The position numbers and the translations under genes are program-made. A stretch of DNA of 63,461 nucleotides, filler included, from Vezdaea acicularis (Eukaryota), in the NCBI GenBank assembly GCA_026025075.1. It is 3 parts of 3 records of this genome, joined end to end, with 100 filler letters (N's around TTAATTAATTAA, not from the genome) between each part and the next. Parts side by side here need not be neighbours in the genome. Positions count along the whole stretch, not along the records: positions 21,259 to 42,366 come from JAPEUI010000193.1; 2 more parts are not named here. One strand, given 5' to 3'. The notes beneath the pieces are model-generated. The model saw nothing but the letters and a program-made list of their open reading frames with translations. It made no database searches and was not told where the DNA came from. Below, piece after piece: positions 23,641 to 38,120 of the stretch (its first letter is position 1; the number at the start of each line of letters is the position of its first letter).

Positions 23641-26600
23641 TCAACCCTCCTTCTCCGCAACCTCCCTCTCCACAGACCCCTTCCCTCCCTCCGTACCCTC
23701 CACACCCTCACTATTCGGAACCCCCTCCAACTTCACCCCCTCTTCAGCAACAGGATGTTCGCCCAACTTCGCCTGTTCCTCCGTGGTAAGCTTCTCTCCC
23801 GCGTCCAGCGCCTTCGCAGCCATCTGGCGGCGATGCTCCTCTTCGGCCAGACTCTGCTTCTTGACGTACTCGAGCACGATATCCTCTTCCGTCCGCCCGC
23901 CAAGCAGAGGTGTCTGCGTCCCGCCTTGGTAATGCGGCTTTTTCGACTCTTCGATGGCTTTTTGCAGTTCCGCGTCGTCAGCGTCAGCGTCATGTGCTGG
24001 GGCCGCAGCGGTGGCAGATGCATGGTGATGGTGATGATGATGGTGATGATGGGGGTGGTGCTGCTGTTGTTGCGCGGACGAATGCGTCTCTTTAGAGGCC
24101 TCAACCGCCTTGCGGAAATCCTCGTCGTCCTCGTCCGTATCGGCGACGGAGTCCCAATCGCTCTCGGAGCCCTGGCGGTAGTGCATGCTCTGCTCGAGGG
24201 CGGCAGCGAGGGCGCGCTTCTTGGTCGGCTCAGCGGGGTTTGTTTCGTTCTGGCTGACGGAGGAGGCGCGGCTGAGCCCCGAGGCGGACACGCTGGCCTG
24301 GATGGCGCGCTGCAGCACTTCGGCTTCGCTGGCGTTGGAGTCGCGCGCGCTGCGCAGCTCTTTGACGCTGGCGCGGATGGCGCTCTCGATGATGGCGTCT
24401 TCCTTGGGGTCGCCGCGTGAGGTGGCGGCGACGGAGGTTTGGATGGCTTTCTCGAATTCAGCGGTTTCGGCATCTTGGTCACGATTGGCGCTAGACTGGA
24501 GCACTGATGGGGCGCGGGGGCCCAGACTGGGTCTCTTGTTCTTGCTCTTCTTCTTTTCCTGCACCTTCTTCTCTCTTTTCTCTGCTGCCAGCCTTTTCCG
24601 TTCGTCGAAGCTCATGTGCCTAGTTGCTAGGAAACCGTGGGGTGGATCGTCAGGTTTGCTGCCAGATGTCTTTGAGCTTTTTGTGCAGCCGAAGTCTGGC
24701 ATGCTTATTTTCTTCTCATGAATCTCAACTTGTTTATCGTGCCATCGACCAACGATGTCGAGGCGTTCTTCGGGCGTAGATGTCTTCCAGTCCTCATATC
24801 CTTGAGCGGTCCGAGCGGCGATGATGTAGTTTTGAACGCTGGACCCGAAATGTTTCTGGATCTCTTTATATATACCCTTGAATGTATAGCCAGGTAGAGC
24901 CCATATTGCTAGGGAAAGGGGTTAGCCAAGCCTCTTCCAGAGCGAAACGACATATCCTACCGGCCTGCGGCTTCAGAATCAAGCCTCCAATACCCTTACC
25001 AATACCCTTCACGAACCCAGCGGGTCCTTCTGCTTTAGCTCCATCCACTGGCTGCGTATAAAGTCCGGATATGCCGTCGTACAAGCCAAGCGTGAACCCC
25101 TGGACATATTAGCATACTAATCTACAGTAATACTTCAATACTCAGCCGCTCACTAACCTTTCCAGCGGCTTTGAGTCCACTTTGAATTCCAGTGACCTTG
25201 TCGGGATCTCGCACCGTCTCGTCGCCATACAATTTAGGCGCGTTATGGAACCCTCTTGCCAAGCTTAGCGAGAAGTCCATGGGCGACTTCAAAGCAGTTC
25301 CAACGATGCGTGATGCTGCTTTGCCGGAACCGATGGCCGCATCGAGCGACAGTTTCACTAGGTGGCCAGGTATTTAGTAAGGAGTACAAAAGCGATCAGC
25401 AGAGGTTGAACTTACCACCAGACTCCGCACGATGTAAATGATCAAGCGAGTGATGGCGATGAGGTTTGATCGAGGTAGTCGATCCTGATCCAGATTTGAC
25501 CGAAAGATCTGTCGGGACAGTTTTCAAGGAAGTATCTTCATTAGTAGAGATAGGAGACTGTAGATCCTTGTCCCCTATCGAAGTTGACCCGGTACTCAGG
25601 GGTTCAGTTGACATCTCCACACCTGAATCAAAAGATATCTTCGACTCGCTCGCTGAAGGTGTCACCGAGCTCGAATCTAAATCGTCTTTCTTAACCTCAT
25701 TGGAAAGACTGTTCTCGCGGTGAAGTTTTTTGGCCTCTTCACTTTTTGATTGAACAATGTTGAAGACTTCAACGGGAAAGTCGGCGATTCCCATCATCAA
25801 GCTTCCAATTGTTCCCATCAATGCGGACGCTCCTCCAGAGATTGGCTCCCATGGTCCATCTTCTACGTCATACTCCTTTGGACGATAGCTTATATTGTTA
25901 GTCAGGTTCTAAGATCGAGGAATGGCACGTACAGTTTGAGATCGCTGAAGTCGAGCAGCCCCTCGTTACCCAACACTGTAGCTGCCAATGCGCTCAGACG
26001 TACATCGGTCCTCTTTACTCTCCACACCGCTGGCCGGCTGGGAGCAAGCATGCACCTAAGGGAATCTACATCTAGATTGTCATGGAAGCTCTTGGCGCCC
26101 ACATCCGCGCCCTTTTCTTTACTAATTTTCTCTCCTAAATCTTTTGCTCTGTCTAATGCTTCAGGCCTAAGCGCGTCCTTGATAGAGGCCGCGAGATCCT
26201 CTGCCGTAAGATCTTTATAGGCAATCGGCTTTGGCCCGGCACCCGCTTTTGCTACCATGGAGCCCCAGAACGGCTGGTCCCCAAAGAACGGCACGACCAC
26301 GGTAGGTTTGCCCATAGATATTCCAGCGGCTGTGGTGCCAGCTCCACCGTGGTGGACGACGCACGAGACTTTTGGAAACAGCCAATCATGTGGTACATTT
26401 CCCAGCATGAAGATTCCTTCTGGTACACCCAGCTCATCGCCGCCAAGCCCACCCCATCCTTTAGATACTAACGCGCGCACTCCAGCCTGCTTGACAGCCT
26501 CAAAGACCATCTTTGTCATTGCGTTCGGGTCATCCACTACGATAGAGCCGAAGCCAATGTAGACAGGGGGTTCGCCGGCGGCTAAGAAAGCCGCGAGATC

Positions 26601-28182
26601 CGGAGCTGGGGTATATGAAGACGCTAGAGATAAGAAGTAGAAGCCAGAAATAGATATATAGGAACCCCAATCCCTAGGTTTGGGAATTAATGCTGGTGAC
26701 CTGAATCTCGAGTTAGGGATGACTTGAGAGATGATCTGGACGTTTTATGACCCACCAACAGTAAGTGTAAGGAATCCGCAACCGTGTCATCATCCCGGGC
26801 GCCCAAATAAGACTGATTGGCTCTAGTCCTAAGCTCTTCTCTCTGAAGCGATTTATAACATCGCCGAGCCCTTGCCAGGTCAACATATCGACTAACGCGT
26901 ACGAAACAAAATTGGTCACGCTCATTTCTGCGTTGGACGCGGTGACATTGGCAAGTGGGTGGGGAAACGATTGAGTAGGGGACCACGGCATCCTAGAATT
27001 GGGCGAGCAATAAGTTAGCGTCAAGTTTATCCCAGACCTTTAAAGAAAAACTAGCTTGCGAAAACATACGTGAACATCAAGTGTAATGGTATTCCGAGTT
27101 TCTCCGCAATGTGAATATGAGCAAAACTCGGCGGGTTAGCAATGATGACATCCGCAACGAATGGCTTCTGAGACGGGTCGCCGCTGACTGATATGCCGCT
27201 ATCGACGCTTGCAGAGTCTGTTGCGTAGTCGTCGAAGGGTTGAGCCCCAATTCCATCCCCTGCTTCGATGCAGGAACGCCAGCAACCCCTGACAATCTCT
27301 GCCATCCCTTTTCGGCGTTTTCCCACGTCTCCAGCCTTCAGGCTTTCAATGCCTGGCATAAGGCCGGGATTTTTTACCATAAAGGCCATCAACTCGGCAG
27401 GATCGCCTCCGATACTAAAGAATTCCAAGCCGTTCTCTTCAATGAACCCCTTAAATGTGGGATGCGTCGCAAGTCGAACACGATGGCCGTAGTCTCTCTT
27501 GAGGACCTGGCCTAAGGCCACGAACGGTTGAACATCCCCTCGGGAGCCAACGACTTGTATGACGACATTCAATGGAGGAGGACGGACTTGTCCTGGGAGG
27601 CCGCCTAGCGAAGGGGGAATATAGCCAGGTGGCTGAACAACCTCTTCAGCGGTGGTGTGTAGGTTCATTTGACTTCGCAAGGCCGGAACAAGGAGATTAG
27701 ACAGCCTTCGAGACTTCTGATTGATACTTATGTTGACTCGACCATCGTCTACAGTCCGGATATGTCAGAGATAAATGGCATCCAAGAAGACAATGGGCAG
27801 ATCATACCCGCAACTTTAGCATGCGTGTCTATCCCAAGGCTGTCCTGCTTTATTTGTACCTGATTGACCTCTTCCCCATACATCGGAGGGGGCGATAGGA
27901 GGTCATGGCGGGCATCACTAACAGCTCCTCCTGTGGGAGCTTTGGAGCTGATTGAGCATGTCAATTAGCTTCAACGGCTCATGCGCGGGGATGATGAGCA
28001 AGATAATCTCACGTTTCGCCATTCTCCGCCGCCTTGGAAGTTTGAGGAAGTTCCGTTTCTGTTGTGGGGAAGGGTTCTAGTGTTTCTGGCTCATTCGCAG
28101 CAGCTACAGCTTCAGCTTGAGCGATTATTATAGGTGGGACTGGGTCCGTAACTGGAGGGGCTGGAGGCGTTGAAGATGCCAT
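23641..28182 (-). CDS. UDP-glucose:sterol glucosyltransferase (GT1/GT28-type) with C-terminal UIM-like repeats and poly-His (multi-exon)
   Basis: VVGSRGDVQPF, RLATHP, ANPPSFAH, YIGFGSIVV, VPHDWLF, HHGGAGTTAAG, VPFFGDQPFWG; the last exon reads in frame into ORF 23641-24702. Confidence 0.88.
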
Positions 28183-30349
28183 GGTGAAAGGTAGAAGAGA
28201 GCAATGCCTTCACGACCGTCAAATATGCGCCTGAACAATCCGCAGGGAGCCGTACGTGAGGTCATATGCAGGATAAAGCGGGCTTGTATTGAGGATCAAG
28301 CAAGAAGACCGTAGAATCAAGAAAGTTCGAGGGACGAACAACTCGAAGCCAATCGAGGATGTAAGTCTATATGGCGCGAAGGTTCTGCTCTTTCGTCAAA
28401 TGCTTCGGATTCACTTACGAATCACCAAGCTCATAGGAATGTTGGCCAGAAAGATGAGGGAATAGGGACGTTCCGCTGGACCTAGGTTATGCACAGGAGT
28501 TGCCACCAGATGTGTGCCAAAGTCAACAGCGCGCTTCAATGGTTTATATCAAATGCCTGTACCGGCAGTAGAACAGACCGAGCTCCCGAACGGCTTCCGC
28601 AGACTTCAGCGGGAGAGCGGAGGAATGAGACAGAAGCTCGAAGGCAGGAGAGGGAGCAGCTGATTGGGAGGGCCGGATACGTGGATGAGAGAAGGGTGTT
28701 CGTGATGTTGACTGTTCCCGCAGCATTCCGACGATGAATATTCTCCCCGTCGTCTGCCCTGTTTCCCGCTCCGCTCCGTCCAACTTGTCTTAGAGTCCCG
28801 CACATGCCACGCCCGTTGGTGGGGGGCCTGCTCACTAGTGAGGGGCAACGAGGGGGGACGTTGCCGAGCTGGGAAGGCTGGCGCGAGGCCGGTGCGAGAC
28901 GGCGCATGCAGAAAAGTCGCCGATGTCTGCCTGCGATACTTTGGCCTGATGCGCAGGAGTCCGCACGAATGATCGATGGTGATCACTAAACGGTGGCGAA
29001 CACACCTGCAGACGTGGCGTAACCTGTCCCACTGCCCTGACTGACGACATCTCAAGATATACGTTACATGCAGGAGGACTGGGGAGGTCTTGAACTCATG
29101 GTCTGGAGCCTCAAAGGATATATTTCGTTGCCCTCGATGGCGGCGACATTTCGGCGCGAGATGCGCAATGATTTAGGCTCCCATGTGTGTGCTTGCCAAG
29201 TATGCCCTTGTCGTTTCACCGCTACCGATGATACGTGGGATGATTATATTAGGTCTTGCGTACTACAGTGGTAATACAAATAACAGAACGTGGAGTGCTT
29301 TTCATAGACCAGATGCCATTTTCTGGATCAGTATACTCAATAGTCCCGCCGTCTGACCAAGGCTCTGTTGGATGCTTCGAGATCTCTAGATTTTTTCACA
29401 ATCAAAGCCTCAAACTACCGTGGGGACGCGAATGCACCTCCGATTTGCTAAAGACACCTAAATCTAATGCTTGGTATACCAGCTTCCCCCTTGAAGCATT
29501 GCAACGATGCGATGAGGCATGGTATGGCCGAGTTGTTCAAACAATTTATTGGACTTTTTCTCTCATATATCAATACATGCGCATATCAATGCGTCTACCT
29601 TGCACAGTAGCACGCTCGGCCTTACTTTCATGCAATTCTGAATGACTTTAGCCATTTTAAATATAAACCAGGAACTCAAACCCTCAAAGTTCAGCCTAAT
29701 TCTGTGCTATGGCGTCCTGAAAGCATGGCGAGTTGAAAGTTCGCATCGCTTATTCGTTCCGTAAGGCCAATCCTCAAGGGTCTGGGTCCACGAGGCGAGA
29801 TGCTTAAAATGCGACGCGAGATGACTCGAGCTCCTGACTATGCGACTATGCGTGGTCTCGCAACAACAAAGGGGCTCCATCAACCTGGATGTTGCATTCT
29901 TGAAAAGCATACTCACAAAGGAGGCTCGACAATACCAAATGCTTTGAGAGGTGGTGTCGCCAGACCATCGCTATATTCGGCATGGTGGTCGGTCCGCTGC
30001 ACATTGCCCTCGCGTATCGGCGCGTCTGCCCCGGATTCGATAATCCATGTGTTGGAAGACTCATTGCACCACTTCAGAGAATTCCCACGAGGTGACAGAA
30101 CACGCCGCCATTCAAAACGTCATATGTGTTTCAAACATTCGCCTGTGGCCGCGTTCATGCCTACCTTCGACCCTGATCGAATCTAAAGGAATTTTCCCAT
30201 ATAAAAAGACGTGAAAACCTCGTCCGAGCGAACTTTCCTTCCTCTACATCCTCGCCCCGCAAAGGGGGTTTCTCTTCCCCTCTCAGCTCTGTCTGATGAG
30301 CTTGCTCCTTTGCTTCAATTCTACTTCTCTTGAGTTCTGAAATATCAAG

Positions 30350-33072
30350 ATGCCGCCCAAGTTTGCGAAATCGGGAAAGCCTCTCACCGTCGTACCAATT
30401 GGTCTACATAGCGATGGTGATGCTTCACGCTGGCCTAAAGAGGGAGGTAAATACACCAAAATTGAACCCGATCTATACCTTCAGAAGGTTGCCGACATGT
30501 GGCAAAAGGATAAGACAGGTAAACAAGGTAAGCAGTAATTCACATCTCCTTTTATTGGTCTTGCCTGTTACTGTAGTCGCCTCACTGCCGGAGGCGGACT
30601 TGAAATTTCACGGTCATTCTCAAGTCTCATTTAGAGCCTGTTTCCTTCAATCGAGACTATCAATTCTCCTGAACAGCCAACTTCATTCACTTCACTCCCC
30701 AGCATGTCATAATCCTTGCACACATTGCTGCCGCACTGTATGACCCATATCTCGTTCTTGACTAGGGCAGTTATAGCGTTTCTTTTTAGTGAAGCAAGAC
30801 GACTCCACACGTTTCCACTTCACGTTTGAAAGATCATACAAACCGTTTGACCTCGCTGACGGCTTTACGTTTACAGAAAATGGCAAATACGTTCTGGATA
30901 AACTACCCCAAGGATATGCACTTTATGATAGACCAAGACATGAATCCAAACTTGTAGGTGACTCTATTCCACGTGTAAGCACTCCGTTCCATGTCTCCCA
31001 CATTCTCTTTTTCACATTACCCGCATTATCTTTCTCTTTTCCACGTTATTCGCGTTTGCTTCTTCTCGCATCTCGTACAAAGTTACTTTCTGACTTAAAT
31101 CAAGAGAGACAAATATCTTTTCGGGCATCCTAAAGGGAAATTTGACTCTCCAGCCAAATTTTACCCTCATTTCCTCCATTTGATGACGAAAGGTGAAACC
31201 AACAGCGAGCAAGACTGCACTTGCATCAATTGCGTTTCAAGTAAATCGGTGTACAAACATTCAAAACCCGGTGGGGGCCAACGATCAGGCAAGGCGACGA
31301 AGTTCACCGGCCCGCGCGATGAAGAAGGAACTCCAGATGTCATTCAAATCCTTATCAATAAATGCGCAAGGGAAGGGTTGATTGACCAACCAATTGTAGA
31401 GCATCAGAGCATGGACTGGCGTGCCAACCGTGAAGTAGCCCCAGCATTCATCGACAAGACGACCGACCAAAGGTCTTGTTATCCACGTCGTGGGGAGATC
31501 GTCTTGTTTTACCGCGAGATAGACGGCGATCTGCGTCCATGCGACGGCGGCAGCGGCTACACGGTATGGAAAGATGATGAAGATACTGGAGAACCACCGT
31601 TGTGGGAAGCGGGAGTTGTCGCCGAAACTCCTAAAGAGAAGGTCACGATGGAGGACTTGATAATGGCAACCCCTAAAAATAGGCCCCTAGCCGAGCATGG
31701 TTATCGCATTGAGAGCTACCCCGACCCCAATGACCCGGATAACAAAGACCTGTCGGCCCGCTACAAGTACTTACCACTGCACCATATTCGACCCTTTGTT
31801 TTCTGGGATGAGGTCTTGGGAAACATCCCCGATGATAAACGTCACGAGACCATCCTCTATGCGCTTACTGTCGCCGCATCCTTTGCCCTGGTCGAAAGAT
31901 ACTATATTAGAGGTGAATGGCCAAATCCTGTTATATACTGCCGTGGTGTATGGATTGGTTGGGAGCTCGTCCTATGTGGGGACGTCGTACGCTTAACACC
32001 TGAGGACGGCTCCGAAGAATTGACAGATGTGCTTGTTGTGTCTACTATACGGTTGGAGTTCACGAATATGGATGAGAGTTCAAAATCCGGCGCTTCAGTG
32101 TTTCTGCATGGGAAATCTTTCACGACTAACCCGGACCGCGCGCTAAAGGATTCAGAGCCTCTTTCTGATGAAGAGCTTCTGAAAGACTTCCCCTACGGCA
32201 TGTGCAAGTACGTGTGGTATCCTCTTCACGATCAAAGCGAAGAGCAGAGAAAAGCTTCTATTGAACGTGTAGTCGGGCGATGCTTCGAGGCAAATGGAAT
32301 GGATTTGTGGTTTAATAATCAGGATCTATCATTCGGGTATCGTGGAACAATCAAAGCACGTGAGGTCTCTGCTACTCGTGACATACGCATCGATCCAATC
32401 ACCAAAGCGTGGTTCTGGGGGGACTATCGCGCCGAGCAGATCGATCTGAAAACGTTTAATGGCATTAACGTAAGCAGGGCCAATGATAATCGCAGACCAC
32501 ACATTTGGCGAAAAATCCTTTCAGTCATAGACGGCCTCGCAGAATCACCATCCGACAAGGCTAGGACCTCCAGCAAAGGAATTGCCCTTCCACACCGGTC
32601 CTCACAATCGCCCAACGATGGCAAGAAGAAGAAACCGCAGATCATCAACCTTGACACTGAAGAAGATGATATCATTAGTGAGACGGCGAATGACAAGACT
32701 GAGAGTGGGAAGGATACGGCTGGGTCCGATGCCGAAGCAGACGCTCAGATCCGAAGTATGCTCGTTGGCGAAGGGTTGCCGTCTGATTCAATCCTAGAGG
32801 ACGAAGTGATGGCGGACGCTGAAAGTCAAAGTAATGCAGGAGCCGATGAAGAAGCCGATCCTGGTGCCAGTGCCAGTGCTGATTCTAGCTCTGTCTCCGG
32901 ATCAGAAGCCGCCACCGCAACTGCCGCCGAAGCCAAAGCTAAAGCCAAAGTCTCCGCCGAAGCTGAAAATGAAGCAGACTCCGAACAACCTTCTGAAGAG
33001 CCATCGGCTTCCGACGACGATGCCGAGCGCCACAAAAAGCGTCCGCGCCTCATGACCAGCTCCTCAGACTAA
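30350..33072 (+). CDS. CLR2: Cryptic loci regulator 2 (Clr2, SHREC silencing complex); introns ~30528-30875 and ~30954-31104
   Basis: SDGDASRWP, YVLDKLPQGYALYDRPR, DKYLFGHP..FDSPAKFYPHFLHL, CTCINC, PRRGEIVLF, WEAGVV, GVWIGWELV..GDVVRL. Confidence 0.8.
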
Positions 33073-34016
33073 ATCTCCTCTCCTTCTACACTATCCCATC
33101 TCCCATCCTCCTACCTCTCCATACTTCCCAGCCTCACCCCCCCCCCCCCAACCCACCGAAATCAAATCCCCTGGTGGCGGACATCTTCACAGCATTCTCA
33201 AGCTCTTTCCTTTTTCCTTCAACAAGCATCTTTCATTTCACACCACAGCGGCGGCGCGCAGCGTGCTTCAGGAAAACAAAAGGATGGTGGTGCGCTTGTG
33301 CTTACTATGCTCTTCATTTCTGGGCGGCCGGGCTTTCGCTTTGCGTTTTGGGAGGCATGGATGGATCGATCAATTTTTTTTTCTGCGGGTTTCTGGTTCT
33401 GGAAACTTTGAGGGTGGAGGGTGCAGGGTGGATCGTGGGTAAGGAATGGGTGGGTAGAGAGAATTGGAGTGAGCATAGCGTAGATTATATTAGATCAGTA
33501 GGCTGATGATTCGAATATGATTCTCATCTCCTGAACTCGAGAATTTTCTTCCCCCCACTTCCTCGCTGCGGCTATTGTGAGGCCCATCGTGAGACTTGCA
33601 TTGTTCGCCCCGTCTGCCGGGCTCTGGGGGTCTACGCCGTTTGTTAGGTGGGGGGGAGGGGGTTCATGTCGTAGGGGGTTGATCTGGGGTATAGAGATAC
33701 GTCGGTTCTTTGTAATATATACTAGGGACTTCGTATCATGGGAAGCTGATCTGGGGTAAAGCGCCATATTGTCATCTTATGAGATGTGATGGAGAGGGTC
33801 GGGGTGTGTGGTATAACTCTTGAGCAAGCATCTCCCTCTGCGCAAACGATACAATCTCTCCACAAAGCACCACATAGAGAGCATAAAAGACGAACGAAGA
33901 ATCTATTCTCTAAAGAAACTCTTAATTGGGGTTGTCTTTTCTCTAGTCTTGCCAGCGCGCCGCCGCCGCCCATTCGCATACGCATCTAATAATCGTACAA
34001 AACGGCTCAAGCGAAT

Positions 34017-35296
34017 CTAAAACTTGAAAACCTGGTCCTTAGAATACCCCAGCTCTTTCAAGATGCCCTCGAGCTCTCCCTGATCCTTAGGATTCGGTTT
34101 CAGGCCCGAGATGGCCTTGTACATGCCTGGCGGCCCACAGACGAAGATCTTGATATTATCCTCTTTCGGCTCGGGCAGGACGGTCTTGAGGATTTCTTTG
34201 TCGATGTGCCCGCCCTTGCCGCCGGTCCAACTCTTCGGCGGGTTGTCGAGGACGTAGAAGGCCCGGAAGCGCTGCGGATAGGTGTTTTCGAGGTCCTGGA
34301 GTTCTTCTTTGAGGAGGATGTCTTCTTCGCTGACGTTGCCGAAGACGAGCGTCACTTTGGTTTTGTCGTCGGGGTTGTTGAAGATGTTGCGGGCGAGCTG
34401 GTACATGGGTGTGATGCCGGTGCCGCCAGCGATGAGGGTGACATGGGAGTGCTTGTTGGGCGTCCAGGGGTATTTGGGAAGGGGTCCTTTGAAGTCGAGG
34501 CGCTGGCCGGGAACCATGTTGTGGAGGTGGGTGGACATCGGACCGTTGGGATACTTCTTTATTAAGAGTTCGAGGTAGCCCTTTTCACCTATGAAAGTAG
34601 TTTCAGTAAACTGTAGACGTTATGATCAGAAAAGAGGTATACCTTCGTCACTTATGGGGGTGTATGGTCGTATAGTCGCCTTCTCGTCTTCTGGTCCCTT
34701 ATACTTCGTCAAGAGTGCAGCTAGATCGCCAGTATGTCAGTACATTGGTCAAGACAAGCATCCTGCGATTTACTCACAAGTAATAGGTAGCCCTGAGACA
34801 GCGTCGGGGTCTGGCAACGCGAACCTAAACTTCTTCGTATTGTGATTGACGTTCTGAACGCTTTCTAGTTTCAAATCGATGAAACCCTGGTCACCACCCG
34901 TAAAGGTAGGCTTCGCTGTTTCTTTCCCAGTCTTTGCGTCCCATTCCGATTTTATTTTCTGTCCTTCTTTAGACTTAAGAAACTCCTCTTCGATTTTTTT
35001 GCGCCGGCTCCGGGAAGAAACTCCCCAGGCGACAAGTCCAACCGCCGCTACACCGCCATAGATGTACTTGGATGAGCCGCTGCTTGGCTTCGGTACCTCG
35101 GTGGCATATTGGCGCGCTTGCTATGAAGAAATGTAAGCAATTGATGCCGATGCATGAGTGTCAAGGGCTATGGCGGGGATATGAAGCTCAACTAGCGAAG
35201 CTCTTCGAGCGCTAATGGTGGGTTTTGAAGCATAATGCGGGTCGTACGTACATTTTGCAGAGGCTGCGCACACCTGAATACTTGTCTCGCATACAT
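34017..35296 (-). CDS. MCR1: Mitochondrial NADH-cytochrome b5 reductase (multi-exon)
   Basis: Start [67 protein letters not shown]. Confidence 0.93.
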
Positions 35297-35836
35297 CTCG
35301 TCAGTATGTGAAGGTGAGAACCAGATAATTAGTTGGTATGTTCTTGTAGAAACCTGTGATTGTTAAGCTCCGAAGCTTAGAGAGAACAGGTACGATGACG
35401 TGACCTCTGGTTCGGCTAGTTTGGTTGATTGGATGAAATGAACCCGTTTGGTCTGCCGAAGTATCATGACCAGGTTCCTTTAACCTACATCAGCTGCTGT
35501 AGCTTTGAAGCGAAACTATACACTGGCCAATGGAATTTCTTAAGTATTCTAGACATAGTCATCGTAGAGCCTCTTATGTCTAATTCAGTACGCGGCACGT
35601 GCTTTTATGAGCTCCGCATGGTCATCCACTCGTAAGGAGTGGCCTCTATGAACAGTACTCCCTTGCGCAAATCTGACATTAGACAGCCTGCCCTTATATT
35701 TTGTAAAAGAATAAGAATACAATGCCTATTCTAGAGGCGGCTCCATCAGACCGGAACGCCTTTACCAACGAAGTCGTGACCGATAATCAACGCCACACTT
35801 AAATGTGAAAACCCTCAACCGCAAGATCCCGTACGT

Positions 35837-38120
35837 TCACTCCTCTGCATCATGCCACGCTTGCCTCTCCTGTTTCTCGAGGGTTGCCATCTCCTCAGTG
35901 GGGAAGATTGTTTCGTCCTCGCCAGGAACGCGGTCCGGTCTCTCATCGAATATACCACCCAGGGTATCGATCCAGTGCCTTCGCCTATCCATCAGCATTT
36001 TTGTTTGCTCCCCTATTCCTAGCCTTGACACATGGCCGGTAGATCCACCAACATAGTGACTCCCACCACCTGCACCTCCAGGACGTTTTTGTTGCTTTTT
36101 CCCCTTGCCCAAGGTACGGTTACGTTTGAGGAATGCCGTCTGTAGTTGATTGTCAAGATCCTCCTTGACGTTGTTGTAATCTTGATGTGCCATCTGCTCG
36201 TTGACAAGTTTCAAGACTTTCGCCTTTCTTGCCCCATTGACAATCATCTGTTCTTCCAACTTGGCCTGGAGAAGTCGAAGACGAGCAGCCACGTCGTCAT
36301 CTTCGTGTGCGTCATAGTCTGGCTCGACATCTTCCGGCAGGAAGCCAATGTGCCGAAGCTCTGCCTTAAGCCGCTCATCCATCTGTGCATAATTGAGCTT
36401 TGCTGTTGGTACTTTCCAATTAGGCTGCTGACTGTCGGGCATGAACGTTGCGGGGGGTAGTGGCTCTGTCTTTCCTAAATCGCCATTGGTCTCCGCTTCG
36501 CCATTGATATCTTCAATACCATTAGATCCAGTGTCTCCGTTTGTAAGTCCATTAGGCATTGGTTTGTCCTCATTCTGGGACCCGCGGTTCTCGGGAATCA
36601 TTAGAGCCATAAGTCGCTCCAAAACTGGACCTGCAGAAACCTTCTCGGTCTCAGCGGCACCATCATCCAGTTGGTCTATGTCGCCTCGAGGTTGGTTCGC
36701 CGGAAGCTTTGAGTCACTCTCTTGTTCGCCGTCGATCGACATGGCCCCATCCTCTTCGGCCCATACATCTTGATAATGCCGCTTTCCCCTGCGAGGGATG
36801 ATAAAGGGCGTCACTCGATCTCCCTATAAATAGTCAGAAAAGTTGCGTTTCCTCACTGACAGGCTAGCCTCTGGCATACCCTTGCCCTCAAGAAAGCATG
36901 ATCTTCCTCAGTGTATTGACGAAAATAAGGGTCGACGTATGTCTGAAACGTATGCGCGGCAACTTGGTTACTCGTCGGTTTTCCATTACTGAAGTCTTTG
37001 TCTGGTGGTGTACCAGGTGTAAGACTGTGAAGATCATCGTGCGGGTAGTCAGCTACAGCATAGATTTCTTTCCTTTCGTCTTCACTCATGCCAGGCGTGA
37101 CCTCTCGTACATGATAAATCGTCGGATCGTCAAATGTCGATGGGTCCGTTCCAAATGTCTGGTATTGAGGGATTGCTGGAGCAGGACGCGGCTGATGGGC
37201 TTCTGATTCAGAGTCGGACGGTGAGGTCGCTCCTGACTTTATTTTGCTTTCGATATCAGGGCCTGGGGTTTGAATGTGAGAAGCGGGCGACAGCGAGGAC
37301 ACACTCGTTGAGTCCTTCCGTTTCCTTTTGGACGGAGAAGACTCGGCTTTCTTTGATTGCTTCCGATTGTCGGGAGAAAGGGAAGTATCTATAAAGGAAG
37401 ACATCAAGACGTTACCAAACCAATCTTTGAAGCATGCTTTGAATCTCCTAGGACCTATGCGCCAGTACAAGCCCTTTCCCCCAAAGTCCCCTTGGGGGTC
37501 CGGCCTGTTTGGAACTGGGCCAGGAGAGACGTGCTATGGTAGCAAGGTTATAAGGAGTACGTACCCTTCATATCGGTGTCCATGCCATCTTGTCTCGCGA
37601 CACCATGGGCGCCTTGTGCCAGGGGTCTTTCCTCTCTGGCCTTTTTCTCCTTCGATATCCTCTGTAACTTTCCAGCAGGCTTCTCCTGCGCCCCTTCCTC
37701 ATCTTTCGCGGCTCGGTCACGCTTGATCTTCTCTTTTCGATGGTCTTCCTGTTCCCGTCGATGACGCTCTTGCGCCTCTTCCTCAACACGATCCTTCCTC
37801 CTGCTCACAAGAGCACGCATACCACGATCGCAAACCTCTCCTCTCTGTTTGGCTAGCTCCTTGAGGAGAACCAAGCTCTCCGATAATTCGTTCAGGCTCT
37901 TTGAGTCTGGGATGCTTGTATCAACACTGTAGCGCTCCAGGAGGCCTTTGTAGGTAACATTCGCAGGCACCATGAGGGAAGATAACGGCAGCTCGAGGTA
38001 TGCTGTATCGGAGGCATTGGCATCCATGATTGGGCCGACACTGGAACTGGGCGTGGTATTGCGGCTCCTCGAGCGCCTGGCAGCACCGCCTTTCGTCTTG
38101 CTCTTCGCGGCGGGAGGCAT
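35837..38120 (-). CDS. NGG1: SAGA/ADA complex subunit Ngg1/Ada3 (3 exons)
   Basis: [83 protein letters not shown]. Confidence 0.88.

Noticed and set aside
28489..30186. Several short ORFs between the glucosyltransferase and CLR2
   Set aside because: No homology-like motifs or consistent splice structure; likely a divergent promoter region
30350..33072. Functional linkage of silencing gene CLR2 (or NGG1) with the retrotransposon region
   Set aside because: They lie on different contigs separated by an artificial linker
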